41,739 bases of DNA from an uncultured Candidatus Saccharibacteria bacterium (GTDB lineage Bacteria; Patescibacteriota; Minisyncoccia; 2-02-FULL-40-12; IGHO2-12-FULL-4): positions 1-41,739 of the forward strand of contig CAZOKW010000004.1 in NCBI GenBank assembly GCA_964580765.1. The letters are read 5' to 3'. The translations under genes were made by a program, and so were the position numbers. Positions 8,199 to 17,515 of this stretch are shown one piece after another; within the stretch, counting starts at the first letter, position 1; each line of letters begins with the position of its first letter. The notes below the pieces were generated by a model, which saw only the letters and a list, made by a program, of their open reading frames with translations, searched no databases and was not told the origin of the DNA.

Positions 8199-9296
8199 AT
8201 GAAAAAATCTCTTTACCTGTTGATGTTATTATGGTTGGCTGGACTTATTGTTTGGCTGGCTGTAGTGCGGACCGGATTGACGACCGAAACGGCTATCACT
8301 AAAAATATTTGGTGGACCGGACTTCTCCTTTTTGGGGCGGCCATCACTGGTTTCCTCTTTCAGCCAATGTTAAAAACACACTTCCCTTCTCTGAAAGATT
8401 CGCGTGTGGCCGTTGATCCAAGGTTTCTTCTTAAAGACCACGAAATACTGATGGGCTACTATCCGGTGGTGGCGCTGGTATTGTTTTTAGGCGGGCTGGC
8501 TATTTCGCGCCCTCTTTATGGGGCAAATATCCTTTTTGAAATAAAAAGCTGGCATTTTTGGTGGGCTACCGTGGCCACGGGCATACTAAATGTTTTCATT
8601 TTTTATTTTCTTACCAAAGGATTTCGATACGGCGATTTGTCTTTGGTATCAGTAACGCAGGCCATGAGTCCGCTTTTTGTTTTGCCGATCTCCTTAGCGG
8701 TGTTTGCGTGGCTTGGCGGTAAAATCCCGATGGCGAACCCAGCAGTTAGCCCGGCAGGATTTTTTGGGATTTTAATCACCATAGCGGCATTGGCGCTCAA
8801 TATTTCTATCGGTAAAAAAATACCCGTCACCACCTCTTCGCCAGAAGGAGATTGGTTTGCCAGTCGTCCGGTCATTTCCGGACTTTTGGGTACATTTATC
8901 GGAAGCGTGGCCGTGAATTTTGATAAAGTCGCCATTGACTCGGCCAACCCGTTTCTGATGGGTATATTCATGGCGTTAATAGTGAGTGTTATTACAGCCG
9001 TTTGGACATATGCTAAGGGCGGATGGGGAAGGATTATTTTTATTGCCAAAAAATACGTCAGATCATTTTTGCTGGTGGGTCTTGTCTACGGTCTAGTGGT
9101 TCTGATAATGAACGTCACTTTATATGGTGCCAATGTGAATTATTACGCAACCGTTAAAAGAACTTCAGCCATTTTTGGTATTTTTTACGGCATCTATGTG
9201 TTGAAGGAAGGAGTGAATAAAAAAGACCGTCTAGTGCGTGTGGCGGTGGGAGTACTCGTTATTTTTGGCATTCTGTTGATCACGCTAAAGGGTTAA
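8199..9296 (+). CDS. EamA/DMT-superfamily transporter
   Basis: Many hydrophobic helices; GDLSLV...SPLF, FDK.AI, VKRTS.IFG....LKE are DMT repeat-type motifs. Confidence 0.7.
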   Translation: MKKSLYLLMLLWLAGLIVWLAVVRTGLTTETAITKNIWWTGLLLFGAAITGFLFQPMLKTHFPSLKDSRVAVDPRFLLKDHEILMGYYPVVALVLFLGGLAISRPLYGANILFEIKSWHFWWATVATGILNVFIFYFLTKGFRYGDLSLVSVTQAMSPLFVLPISLAVFAWLGGKIPMANPAVSPAGFFGILITIAALALNISIGKKIPVTTSSPEGDWFASRPVISGLLGTFIGSVAVNFDKVAIDSANPFLMGIFMALIVSVITAVWTYAKGGWGRIIFIAKKYVRSFLLVGLVYGLVVLIMNVTLYGANVNYYATVKRTSAIFGIFYGIYVLKEGVNKKDRLVRVAVGVLVIFGILLITLKG

Positions 9297-9376
9297 ACCC
9301 GCTTTTTCTTTACAACTTATTACTTTTGTGTTAGTGTCATTCTAAAGTAAATTAGATAGACGAGGAGGTCTTTGAA

Positions 9377-10333
9377 ATGATTTATAAAACATTGGGGCGA
9401 ACGGGCCTAAAGGTGTCCAGAGTGGGTCTGGGCACGGCTGAAATCGGCTTTGCCTATGGGATTGGCAAGCGGTTCTTACCTTCAGAAGAAGAGGCCATTC
9501 GGCTTTTAAAGATGGCTGTTGATTTGGAAATTACCTACTTTGACACCGCCTATTTTTATGGTTTGGCGGAAGAACGGATCGGCAAATCCGGCATTATGAA
9601 AAGTTCGGATGTAGTAGTCGCCACCAAATGCGGCAAGTTTTTGGAAGAAGGGGAAGATCCTCGCGGAGCTGAACTGGAAAAGCGTCTTCGAGAACATGTG
9701 GAAGCCAGTTTGGAAAGATTGGGCGTAGATTGCTTGCCGCTTCTGATGCTCCATGGCGGTTCAAAAGAACAACTGGAAAGAGGCGAACTGGTAGAAATAT
9801 TTAAAAAGTTTCAACGGGAAGGCAAAGCAAGATTCATCGGAATTTCTACCAGAGGCGAAGAGAACACTTTGGCGGCGATTCAAAGCGGGGCTTTTGATGT
9901 CATCCAGGTCGCTTACAGTATTTTGGACCAAAGAATGGCCAAGCATGTTCTGCCTTTGGCCATGGAAAAAAATATCGGCGTGATTAATCGGTCTGTTTTT
10001 CTTAAAGGAGCTCTGACGCCTTTAGGTGAGAAATTGCCCGATAAATTATTGCCACTTAAGTTACATTCTAAAATGGCCGATGGCGTGGCTCAATATTTGA
10101 AAGTGGACCTGCCGGCTTTGGCTCTAAGGTTTTCGTTATCCAACGAAGCGATTTCCATATCGCTGGTTGGGACCAATAGTTGGTGGAATCTTTCAAAGTC
10201 AGTCATGGCGGTTGAAGCCGGACTACTTTCCAATGGACTACTTCCCAATGAGATTATTTCTGAATTAAAAGAATTGGCCATTGACGACCCCTCTCAAGTA
10301 GATCCGATTAGGTGGCCACCGATTCCCAGTTAA
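9377..10333 (+). CDS. Aldo/keto reductase
   Basis: LGRTGLKVS.VGLG, FDTAYFYG, ATK, SLERLG, MLH, IGIS; GAGGAGG SD. Confidence 0.9.
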   Translation: MIYKTLGRTGLKVSRVGLGTAEIGFAYGIGKRFLPSEEEAIRLLKMAVDLEITYFDTAYFYGLAEERIGKSGIMKSSDVVVATKCGKFLEEGEDPRGAELEKRLREHVEASLERLGVDCLPLLMLHGGSKEQLERGELVEIFKKFQREGKARFIGISTRGEENTLAAIQSGAFDVIQVAYSILDQRMAKHVLPLAMEKNIGVINRSVFLKGALTPLGEKLPDKLLPLKLHSKMADGVAQYLKVDLPALALRFSLSNEAISISLVGTNSWWNLSKSVMAVEAGLLSNGLLPNEIISELKELAIDDPSQVDPIRWPPIPS

Positions 10334-11079
10334 ACTATTTCAAGGTTCGATGTCGAACCTTTTTTTCTGGCCGAAATGAGAACGGATTGAGAAAGCATAT
10401 TCAGCAGGGGAATTTTTTCCATAAAATTACCAGTCGCAATTAAAGTATTGACTAGTGGAGCGGGTGTGTTTGGAAGAAGAAAATCCCGGTAAGATATTTG
10501 GCGATCATCAAAACTGGCCTTTTTCAGTTTTTGGTCTATAAATCTTTTTCCAAAAGCCATTTCTTGGGGTTCAAGATGGGCCAGTTTTCTTAACACAGGC
10601 ACTTTAAATATCAGCCGGCAGTACGGATTCCAAATGTTTGGTTCCCAAAAGACGATTCTCCCTCCTTTTTTTAATAACAAATTTAAATTAGCCAAGGCCA
10701 GATCGAGTTTATCATATAAGTGATGCAAAATCCCATCGCCGATGATGTAATCAAACGGCCCCTGTTCTTGAAGCCATTTCAAGTCATCTTCCTTGTTAAA
10801 ATCCTTTACCTCATAAATCACCCCGGAATGGGAAAAGTTATGACGAGCTTTTTCAATAAATGGCCGACAAAGGTCGGTGGCAATAACTTGTCCCTGAATT
10901 TTTTTAGCGAGTCGGTCAGCCAGTTCTCCGGTCCCGCAACCGATTTCCAGCACTTTAATATTTTCCAGGGTTTTAAACTCTTTCAAAATAGCTTCGCCCC
11001 TTCTCCCTGTTCTGATGTGGAGAGCCAAAGAATCCTTAAACCCCTGATTGTATCCTCGGTCATCTTGAATGCTTGTCAT
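10330..11079 (-). CDS. Class I SAM-dependent methyltransferase
   Basis: VLEIGCGTG motif I, FDYI...ILHH, GG..VF.EPN; start at 11079 or 11094. Confidence 0.85.
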   Translation of the reverse strand: MTSIQDDRGYNQGFKDSLALHIRTGRRGEAILKEFKTLENIKVLEIGCGTGELADRLAKKIQGQVIATDLCRPFIEKARHNFSHSGVIYEVKDFNKEDDLKWLQEQGPFDYIIGDGILHHLYDKLDLALANLNLLLKKGGRIVFWEPNIWNPYCRLIFKVPVLRKLAHLEPQEMAFGKRFIDQKLKKASFDDRQISYRDFLLPNTPAPLVNTLIATGNFMEKIPLLNMLSQSVLISARKKGSTSNLEIV

Positions 11080-12034
11080 GTGCACGGTGATCATTTAGTA
11101 TCTCTTTGGTCACATATCTTGGCCGCTGTTTAGTTTCTTCAAAAACCCGGGCCAGGTATTCCCCAATGATGGCCAAAGCCAATAACTGGATCGCCCCTAA
11201 GAATAAAACTACCATCAGCAAGGTGGTAAAACCCGCCGGCGCGCCCTTGGTGAGATAGGAGATTACATAGATAACTATAGCGGCGAAGGCCAGAAACATA
11301 ACCAGAAAAGAGATCCGCGAGACCAACTCCATGGGAGCATAAGAAAAAGAAAAAATGGCTTTACGGGCCCACTTGGTACTGGCCACTAAGCTGTTGGTTG
11401 ATTTGCCCCAGAATCTTTCCGGCCGTTCGTATTTTACTCCGATTTGTTTAAACCCTACCCAAGCGCGCAGGCCCCGGAGCAAGCGGTCCCGTTCCGGCAT
11501 CGCGTTGATAGTTTCCACTACCCGGCGGTCCATCAGGGAAAATTCTCCGGCGTCTTCGGGTACTTGCATGTAAGAAATTTTATTGAAGACGACATAAAAC
11601 ATGTGATAGATCCAGCTTTTGAGTTCTCCCATGCTTTTTTCTCTTTTTCTTCTAATGCCATAAACCACTTCGTATCCTTTGCGCCATTTTTTGATAAACT
11701 CCGGGATAAGCTCCGGAGGATCCTGTAGGTCGCCATCCATGATGACCACAGTTTGCCCTAAGGCCTGCTCCATGCCGGCGGTAAAGGCATTTTGAGCGCC
11801 GAAATTTCTAGCTTGCAGAATAACGGTTACTTTCTGATTGCGAGAGGCGATTTCTCGCAAAACCGCTTCGGAGTTATCGGGACTACCATCATTGACGAAA
11901 ATAATTTCGTAATCAATATTGGCGCTTGTTAGCACCTTGGTTAATCGGCGATGCATTTCCGCTATATTGCCCTCGTCCTGGTAGCAAGTTACCACCACGG
12001 AAACAAACGGATTCTGTTGTTTTTTATTTTCCAT
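11060..12034 (-). CDS. GT2 polyprenol-phosphate glycosyltransferase (GtrB/ArnC-like)
   Basis: VNDGSPD, RNFG, MDGDLQDPPE, two C-terminal TM helices, IGEYLAR...RP.Y. Confidence 0.9.
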   Translation of the reverse strand: MENKKQQNPFVSVVVTCYQDEGNIAEMHRRLTKVLTSANIDYEIIFVNDGSPDNSEAVLREIASRNQKVTVILQARNFGAQNAFTAGMEQALGQTVVIMDGDLQDPPELIPEFIKKWRKGYEVVYGIRRKREKSMGELKSWIYHMFYVVFNKISYMQVPEDAGEFSLMDRRVVETINAMPERDRLLRGLRAWVGFKQIGVKYERPERFWGKSTNSLVASTKWARKAIFSFSYAPMELVSRISFLVMFLAFAAIVIYVISYLTKGAPAGFTTLLMVVLFLGAIQLLALAIIGEYLARVFEETKQRPRYVTKEILNDHRAHDKHSR

Positions 12035-12036
12035 TT

Positions 12037-12789
12037 TTATTTTTTAAGTAGTGAGCTGATAAAATTAAAAAGTTTATCAGGTAAAAATTTTGTGATTCTT
12101 AGCATGGAAGTGGAAAGAAAAGGGAAAAAATAAGAGGAAGGGGTTTTGTGAAAGGTGGAAATAATAAATTGAGCGGCTTGGTTGGCAGATGGTACCAGAA
12201 AGTTTACTTTTCCTTGCCACATCTTGGTGGCGATGGGCCCGAAGTGAATGGTGGAGAACCCTACTCCGCTTTTTTTAAAATTAAGCCGCAGTCCCCGAAA
12301 GGCCATGCTTAAAGCGGCTTTGCTGGAGGGGTAGGCAATGAAATTTTTGGAGGGGCGATGGGCGGAGGTGGAAGAAATGGCAATAAATAGTCCTTGGCGC
12401 TTTTTCAAAAAATCAGGCAGGAATTCAGAAATCCAAAATAAAGAACCCTCCAGGTTAGTTCTAAATGCTTGCCTAGCGTTATCAAAGTGAAAACTATCTT
12501 GGACATCTTGGGGCTGGACGGCGGCGTTAAGCACGACCACATCAGGCCAGAAGTTTCTTTGTCTCATTTCGGTAGCCAGTTTTTCCATTTCTCCCGAATT
12601 AGTGATATCGCAGATAGAAATTGTCAATTTATCGCCTAAGTTTTTCTGTAGTTCTTCCAAAGCATTTTTCCGGCGCGCCAATCCCCAGACCTCAAGGCCG
12701 GCGTCGACCAGCTTGGTTGCCAAAGCTCGTCCAATACCGGAAGATATGCCGGTAATAAAAACTTTTTTGCCAAGGGTTTTATGTTCCAT
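12037..12789 (-). CDS. SDR-family oxidoreductase
   Basis: TGISSGIG, LNAA, YPSSK. Confidence 0.85.
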   Translation of the reverse strand: MEHKTLGKKVFITGISSGIGRALATKLVDAGLEVWGLARRKNALEELQKNLGDKLTISICDITNSGEMEKLATEMRQRNFWPDVVVLNAAVQPQDVQDSFHFDNARQAFRTNLEGSLFWISEFLPDFLKKRQGLFIAISSTSAHRPSKNFIAYPSSKAALSMAFRGLRLNFKKSGVGFSTIHFGPIATKMWQGKVNFLVPSANQAAQFIISTFHKTPSSYFFPFLSTSMLRITKFLPDKLFNFISSLLKK

Positions 12790-13693
12790 GGGTAATTTTT
12801 TTAATCGTTTTGATTATAGATTCCGAATCAAGTTTATTTATTTTTTGGTGGTATCCTTGGCTGCCATAAAGGCCATTAGGGTAGCCCTGGGCGCATAAAC
12901 TGATTAATCGGCAAGAAATTCCTTGTTTCATCAAAAGGAGAGAGAGGTTTTCCGCCAGCCCGCCGCGACTGACATGTTCTTCCAGAACAATCAGTCGTTT
13001 GGTTTTTTTGAGGCTGTTTTGCAGAGCGGTAGTTATTGTTGGCAATGGCATTTCGGAAACGACAAACAAATCAACCAGGTCTTTCTCCGGCATGACTTCT
13101 ATGGCCTTTAGCGCGTTTAAAATTATGGGGCCGATGCTGACTATGGTCACCGACCGGCCATCGGCTAACTTTCTGGTGTGAGTGTATTTTGGCAATTTGA
13201 GCCAGGTTGGCTTAGGGCCCAGCCCCAATCTTAGATAAGACGGTCCAATCCATTCCATCATTACCTTGACCACTTCTTCAGCATCTTCATTGCAAAACGG
13301 CACATAGCATTTCATATTTTGAAATGAGGAAAGAACAGCCAGGTCTTCGAGGGCATGGTGGGTGCTGCCCATGATCCCGTAGCCGTAACCGCCTCCGTTG
13401 CCGACAATTTTTACGTTCATATTATGTAGGCAGATATCCACGCGAATTTGTTCGGCCGGCCGGAAGACCGCAAAAGGAGCAATACTGTAACAAATTGGAA
13501 TCAATCCTTGGGAAGCCAGTCCGGCGGCCATGGAAATCATATTTTGTTCGCTGACCCCGGCATTGATAAAACGGTCTTTAATGGCGGCTCTGACATTTTC
13601 CAGAGCCATGAAACCCAAATCCCCGGTCAGAAAAATGACCTTTTTGTTTTCCGCAGCGATTATTTCCATTGTTTTAGAAAATTCTTTACGCAT
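12779..13693 (-). CDS. Transketolase-like protein, C-terminal (pyrimidine-binding) subunit
   Basis: DRFINAGVSEQNM, R..EQIR.D, G.THHA.ED, EEH...GG. Confidence 0.88.
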   Translation of the reverse strand: MRKEFSKTMEIIAAENKKVIFLTGDLGFMALENVRAAIKDRFINAGVSEQNMISMAAGLASQGLIPICYSIAPFAVFRPAEQIRVDICLHNMNVKIVGNGGGYGYGIMGSTHHALEDLAVLSSFQNMKCYVPFCNEDAEEVVKVMMEWIGPSYLRLGLGPKPTWLKLPKYTHTRKLADGRSVTIVSIGPIILNALKAIEVMPEKDLVDLFVVSEMPLPTITTALQNSLKKTKRLIVLEEHVSRGGLAENLSLLLMKQGISCRLISLCAQGYPNGLYGSQGYHQKINKLDSESIIKTIKKITHGT

Positions 13694-13698
13694 GGGTT

Positions 13699-14532
13699 TT
13701 AAACATTTTTAATCTCCAGTTTAGCTTTTTGGTATTGCTCATCGTTCATCGGCAGGTAGTGCCACTCCAAGCGGTCTTCCATGAAAGATACACCATGACC
13801 GAGTTTGGTTTTAGCGATGAGGCACTTCGGTTGATTTGAATTACTTTTATCCAAGTCGCCAAAGGCGTTGTGTAAATCATCAAAATTATTGCCATCTCTA
13901 GTCACGGCTACGGTAAAATTAAAAGAAGCCCATTTTTGTTTAAGCGGTTCCAGGTTGAGCACTTCTTTTGTTTTTCCCAAGGCCTGCATCTCGTTATTAT
14001 CGATAATGACAGTTAGATTGCCAAGGCCATGATGTCCGGCAAAAAGGGCGGCTTCCCAAGTGGAACCCTCATTGCAGTCGCCGTCAGAGAGAACGCAGTA
14101 AACCTGGAATTTTTTACGGCTGAATCTGGCCGACAGAGCAATGCCCGCCGCCAAGGATAAACCGTGGCCTAAACTGCCGGTCCCAAAAGTTATCCCGTTT
14201 AATTTTCCGGCTGGCGGGTGGGCGGCCAGTAGAGTGCCATCTCTGTAATATGTTTCCAGATATTGTTCGGGAAACAGACCCTTTTTGGCTAAGATGGTGT
14301 AAAGAGCCGAGGCGGCGTGCCCCTTGGATAAAATAAAATGGTCCGCCGATTTCATTTTAAAAAAATGCGAGTAAATCAAAATATCCAGACAGGAAAGAGA
14401 AGAGCCGATATGTCCGGCCTTGGCTTTTTTATGCAAATCCAAAATTTTACCGGCGCAGACGCGCTTAAGTTCGTAAAATTTTTTATTTTTTCCGGCGATA
14501 GATGGTGACTCTTTTAAATTCATCTTGTTCAA
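13699..14532 (-). CDS. Transketolase-like protein, N-terminal (ThDP-binding) subunit
   Basis: GHIGSSLS, FILSKGH, TGSLGHGL, SDGDCNEG..WEA, D.N..Q, WHY. Confidence 0.9.
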   Translation of the reverse strand: MNKMNLKESPSIAGKNKKFYELKRVCAGKILDLHKKAKAGHIGSSLSCLDILIYSHFFKMKSADHFILSKGHAASALYTILAKKGLFPEQYLETYYRDGTLLAAHPPAGKLNGITFGTGSLGHGLSLAAGIALSARFSRKKFQVYCVLSDGDCNEGSTWEAALFAGHHGLGNLTVIIDNNEMQALGKTKEVLNLEPLKQKWASFNFTVAVTRDGNNFDDLHNAFGDLDKSNSNQPKCLIAKTKLGHGVSFMEDRLEWHYLPMNDEQYQKAKLEIKNV

Positions 14533-16126
14533 TTATGGCGGCTACTTCAAATTTAGACTGCAAATTGTTTTCAATATAAAGATAAATTTCGTTTGTTTTG
14601 TCTTCTCTTAAACCGCTTAAGGCGTTTAGGTTTGGGTAGTCAATGAGCTGATAGGCCGTATTAACTTTGGCCAGATTGGCCAGCAAATTTTCCTGGTACT
14701 TTTCGCCAAAGAGTTTTTGGCCGGAATACAAAAATATGTCATTATTTTGGCCCATGAACGGTTTATAGTCGACCAGTCGCGCTATGGTGGGATAGGCCCC
14801 CAAAACAAGGACCGGATCCTTGGTTTTTATCAAGGTTTTTAATTTATCCGCCACCCTTTCCGGGAAGGAGACCACTTCTTGACTTCCCCGGTCAATTATG
14901 TGGATTTTAATCTCTTTTTTAGCAAAGTCAATCGCCTGGGGGAGGAGGAATATGGCTATAAAAAGACCTGCCCACCAATTTCTTAAGTATTTCTGGAGTC
15001 CGATATTGTTCAGGACAAGAATTAATATAAAAAAGTATAAAGTAAAAAAGGGCGCCTCATGGCTTTTTGCTCCCGAACCAGTGGTGAGGACCGTGGCTAC
15101 GGCCATGAATCCAACCAGCCAGACAAAAAGAACTATTTTTTTGTTTTGCTGGTAAAAAAATCGGAGCTTTGAACCGATGGCTTGGGCCGAATCCGAAAAA
15201 AAGAAAACAGCCATGCTGGCGGCGGATAGGAGGTAGGTTGTCCAATATAGCGGCAAAAATATATTTCTAATGGCGGGCAGTCCCCAGTATAAGGTGGTAA
15301 TGAATTTTTTAGTTATTCTTAACGGCTCGGCTTTATAAATGATGGGGGGTATTTCTATCAGCCATTTTTTTAACAATGAGAGATAGCCAACACCGGGTAC
15401 ATAAAAAATCCACAGAGCCAAAACAGCGAACAGGCCAAACCCGGCCAGCCAAGCCACTACCACTTGGAAACGGGGTTTCCAAGTGGTAGTGGCTAAAGTG
15501 GCGGCCTGCCCTAGCCGTTTTTTATAAAGCCAATAAATAACGAATCCCCCGATGATTAGGGGAACGGCTATGTGGACTTGCCGTCCAATAAAAGCCGTTG
15601 CCCATAAAATTCCCGAGAAGACGGAATAGAGTATGATTTTTTTGGAAGAAAGCCGGATTCGATCGGCGATGATTACGGAAAATAAAAGAAATAAGCTGAT
15701 CAGTTCAAGCGTGTGATAAAAAAGCGGAACGGCAATATCCCGGCCTGGGTCAAATTGTCTGGAAGAAATGGAAACAAAAACTAAAAGCACTGCCAGCCAA
15801 GATTTTGGTAGTGAGCGGGTTAGGGAAAAGGAGATAAAATAAAGAGCTAAGCAGTAAAAGGAGTAAACAGAAAAAAGCATAAAAAACCGATTGGTAAAAT
15901 CGCTGAACCCCATTTTATAAATGGGCGAAAATAGTAAGGGGAATAAAGGTGTGCGATAATCAAAAAAGTCGATCAAAAACTTTCCTCCTCTGGAGATGAG
16001 AGCAGAGAGGTCCATATAAAAAGAATTATCAGTGCCGATAGGCAAGGTTTTGTCAAAATAAAAAACCACGCCAATAATAAACAAAATCAGACCGGGCCAG
16101 ATAACATGGGAATACCATTTCTTCAT
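14483..16126 (-). CDS. Multi-pass membrane protein, probable GT-C fold (ArnT/PMT-like) glycosyltransferase
   Basis: First TM followed by D..FY...G....DFFD..TP loop typical of GT-C; many TM helices and a C-terminal soluble domain; co-transcribed with GtrB-like GT2. Confidence 0.6.
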   Translation of the reverse strand: MKKWYSHVIWPGLILFIIGVVFYFDKTLPIGTDNSFYMDLSALISRGGKFLIDFFDYRTPLFPLLFSPIYKMGFSDFTNRFFMLFSVYSFYCLALYFISFSLTRSLPKSWLAVLLVFVSISSRQFDPGRDIAVPLFYHTLELISLFLLFSVIIADRIRLSSKKIILYSVFSGILWATAFIGRQVHIAVPLIIGGFVIYWLYKKRLGQAATLATTTWKPRFQVVVAWLAGFGLFAVLALWIFYVPGVGYLSLLKKWLIEIPPIIYKAEPLRITKKFITTLYWGLPAIRNIFLPLYWTTYLLSAASMAVFFFSDSAQAIGSKLRFFYQQNKKIVLFVWLVGFMAVATVLTTGSGAKSHEAPFFTLYFFILILVLNNIGLQKYLRNWWAGLFIAIFLLPQAIDFAKKEIKIHIIDRGSQEVVSFPERVADKLKTLIKTKDPVLVLGAYPTIARLVDYKPFMGQNNDIFLYSGQKLFGEKYQENLLANLAKVNTAYQLIDYPNLNALSGLREDKTNEIYLYIENNLQSKFEVAAIIEQDEFKRVTIYRRKK

Positions 16127-16166
16127 TTTGTCTATTATCTAACAAAATTTGAGTTTAGTCACCTTG

Positions 16167-16229
16167 ACCCCACACATAACTAGTGGTATTTTAAAAGTCC
16201 GAAGTGTTTTCTCTAGTTATGTGTGGGGT
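16167..16229. repeat. 17-bp perfect inverted repeat in a divergent promoter region
   Basis: ACCCCACACATAACTAG (16167-16183) / CTAGTTATGTGTGGGGT (16213-16229), 29-bp spacer. Confidence 0.85.
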
Positions 16230-16263
16230 TGACACTTCTAAAGTCTTATATAAAAGTATTTTT

Positions 16264-17448
16264 ATGAGTAATGATTTTCCACCGGTGCTAAATGAGGCCA
16301 AAAAAAATATTTTCAGCATAGTCCCACCTTTTTATTTATTGAATGAACTGGCGCAAAAATCATCAGCCAATGGAGAAAAATGGGTTGTCTTTTGGGGTAC
16401 CCAATTCGATAACCTTCCCCAGATTAACGAAAAGGAATTTTGCAAACAAACTAATCTTTGCCTGGATTATATCCGCCGGAATTTTTCTGACTATAGACTG
16501 GTGTATAAACCTCATCCGGCGGAACCCGTCATTTACCCCTTGCTTAACTTAACCGGTTTTGATGTTTTAAACGAAAGAACAGCGGCCGAATTTTTTGTTT
16601 TTAAGAATATGGCAAAGATTAAATATGTTTTTTCGGCTTGTTCCATGGCTTCTATGACTTCTTGGCATTTGGGCTTGAACTCGCATTCTTTTTGGCCCTT
16701 GTTCAAATATACTACTATAGCGGAGACAAAGGACGGTTATGATGATGCTTTTAAAAAAATGCCCCCGGAATTTTTTGTTTCGGACTTAAGCCAGCCGGTT
16801 CAAGAAAATAAAAAAGTTTTAATACGCGACCAGGCTCTTTGGGATAATTTTTCCGAGATACTGGATAAAAAAAGAGGGGTGGCTTGGTTTATTTTGGGCG
16901 ATCCGGGATTACTGGCCTTGACTATTTCCATGGCTTCGTTGATCCGTCAAATATCTCCTGGCCGGAAAATTGGTCTGATTATTGAGAAACATCATCGTTG
17001 GGTAGTGATGGATATGAATGAAGTTAAAAAACATTTTGACGCTATTCAGATTTTCCCTCGGTTATTTTATTCTTTACGGCCGGGTAAAATATGGAAACAG
17101 CTCCTGACTGCTCGGACAATCAAAAATTCAAAAATTTCTTCAGAAGATATTTTGATTGGCGGCGGGGCCATTTCTTTAGTGGAGAATTGTTTTATGTCTT
17201 ATTTTCCAAAGAATTATAAAATAGCCCTTCTCTCCGATGAAGCTTTCCGTGTTTGTTTTGGTTTGAAAGACCCTTCTTTCTTCCGCACGCATTTTTCCCG
17301 CCGCGCGTTCACCTTCTCTAATTTAATTCTGGAGCCCCTCCTTGGTTTGCACCGGACTATCTACCGAGAAGATATCGGCCGGGTGGCCAATTTTGGCCGC
17401 TACCAGGAGCCGGTTAACGATATTTATGACCAAATGCTGGTTTTTTGA
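16264..17448 (+). CDS. Putative GT-B glycosyltransferase, sialyltransferase-like (HP motif)
   Basis: YKPHP, AE, FSACSMAS motifs; paralog of next gene; start set at ATG 16264 since the upstream in-frame region is the palindrome. Confidence 0.55.
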   Translation: MSNDFPPVLNEAKKNIFSIVPPFYLLNELAQKSSANGEKWVVFWGTQFDNLPQINEKEFCKQTNLCLDYIRRNFSDYRLVYKPHPAEPVIYPLLNLTGFDVLNERTAAEFFVFKNMAKIKYVFSACSMASMTSWHLGLNSHSFWPLFKYTTIAETKDGYDDAFKKMPPEFFVSDLSQPVQENKKVLIRDQALWDNFSEILDKKRGVAWFILGDPGLLALTISMASLIRQISPGRKIGLIIEKHHRWVVMDMNEVKKHFDAIQIFPRLFYSLRPGKIWKQLLTARTIKNSKISSEDILIGGGAISLVENCFMSYFPKNYKIALLSDEAFRVCFGLKDPSFFRTHFSRRAFTFSNLILEPLLGLHRTIYREDIGRVANFGRYQEPVNDIYDQMLVF

Positions 17449-17515
17449 CTTTTTTACTGTTTAGGGTTATTATCTGGATTATCGTTAAAAAAATATAGTT
17501 CGTAGAAAATATATA

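Noticed and set aside
16184-16212. Invertible phase-variation switch
   Set aside because: Segment is very short and no recombinase is in the window; kept only as a low-probability check.
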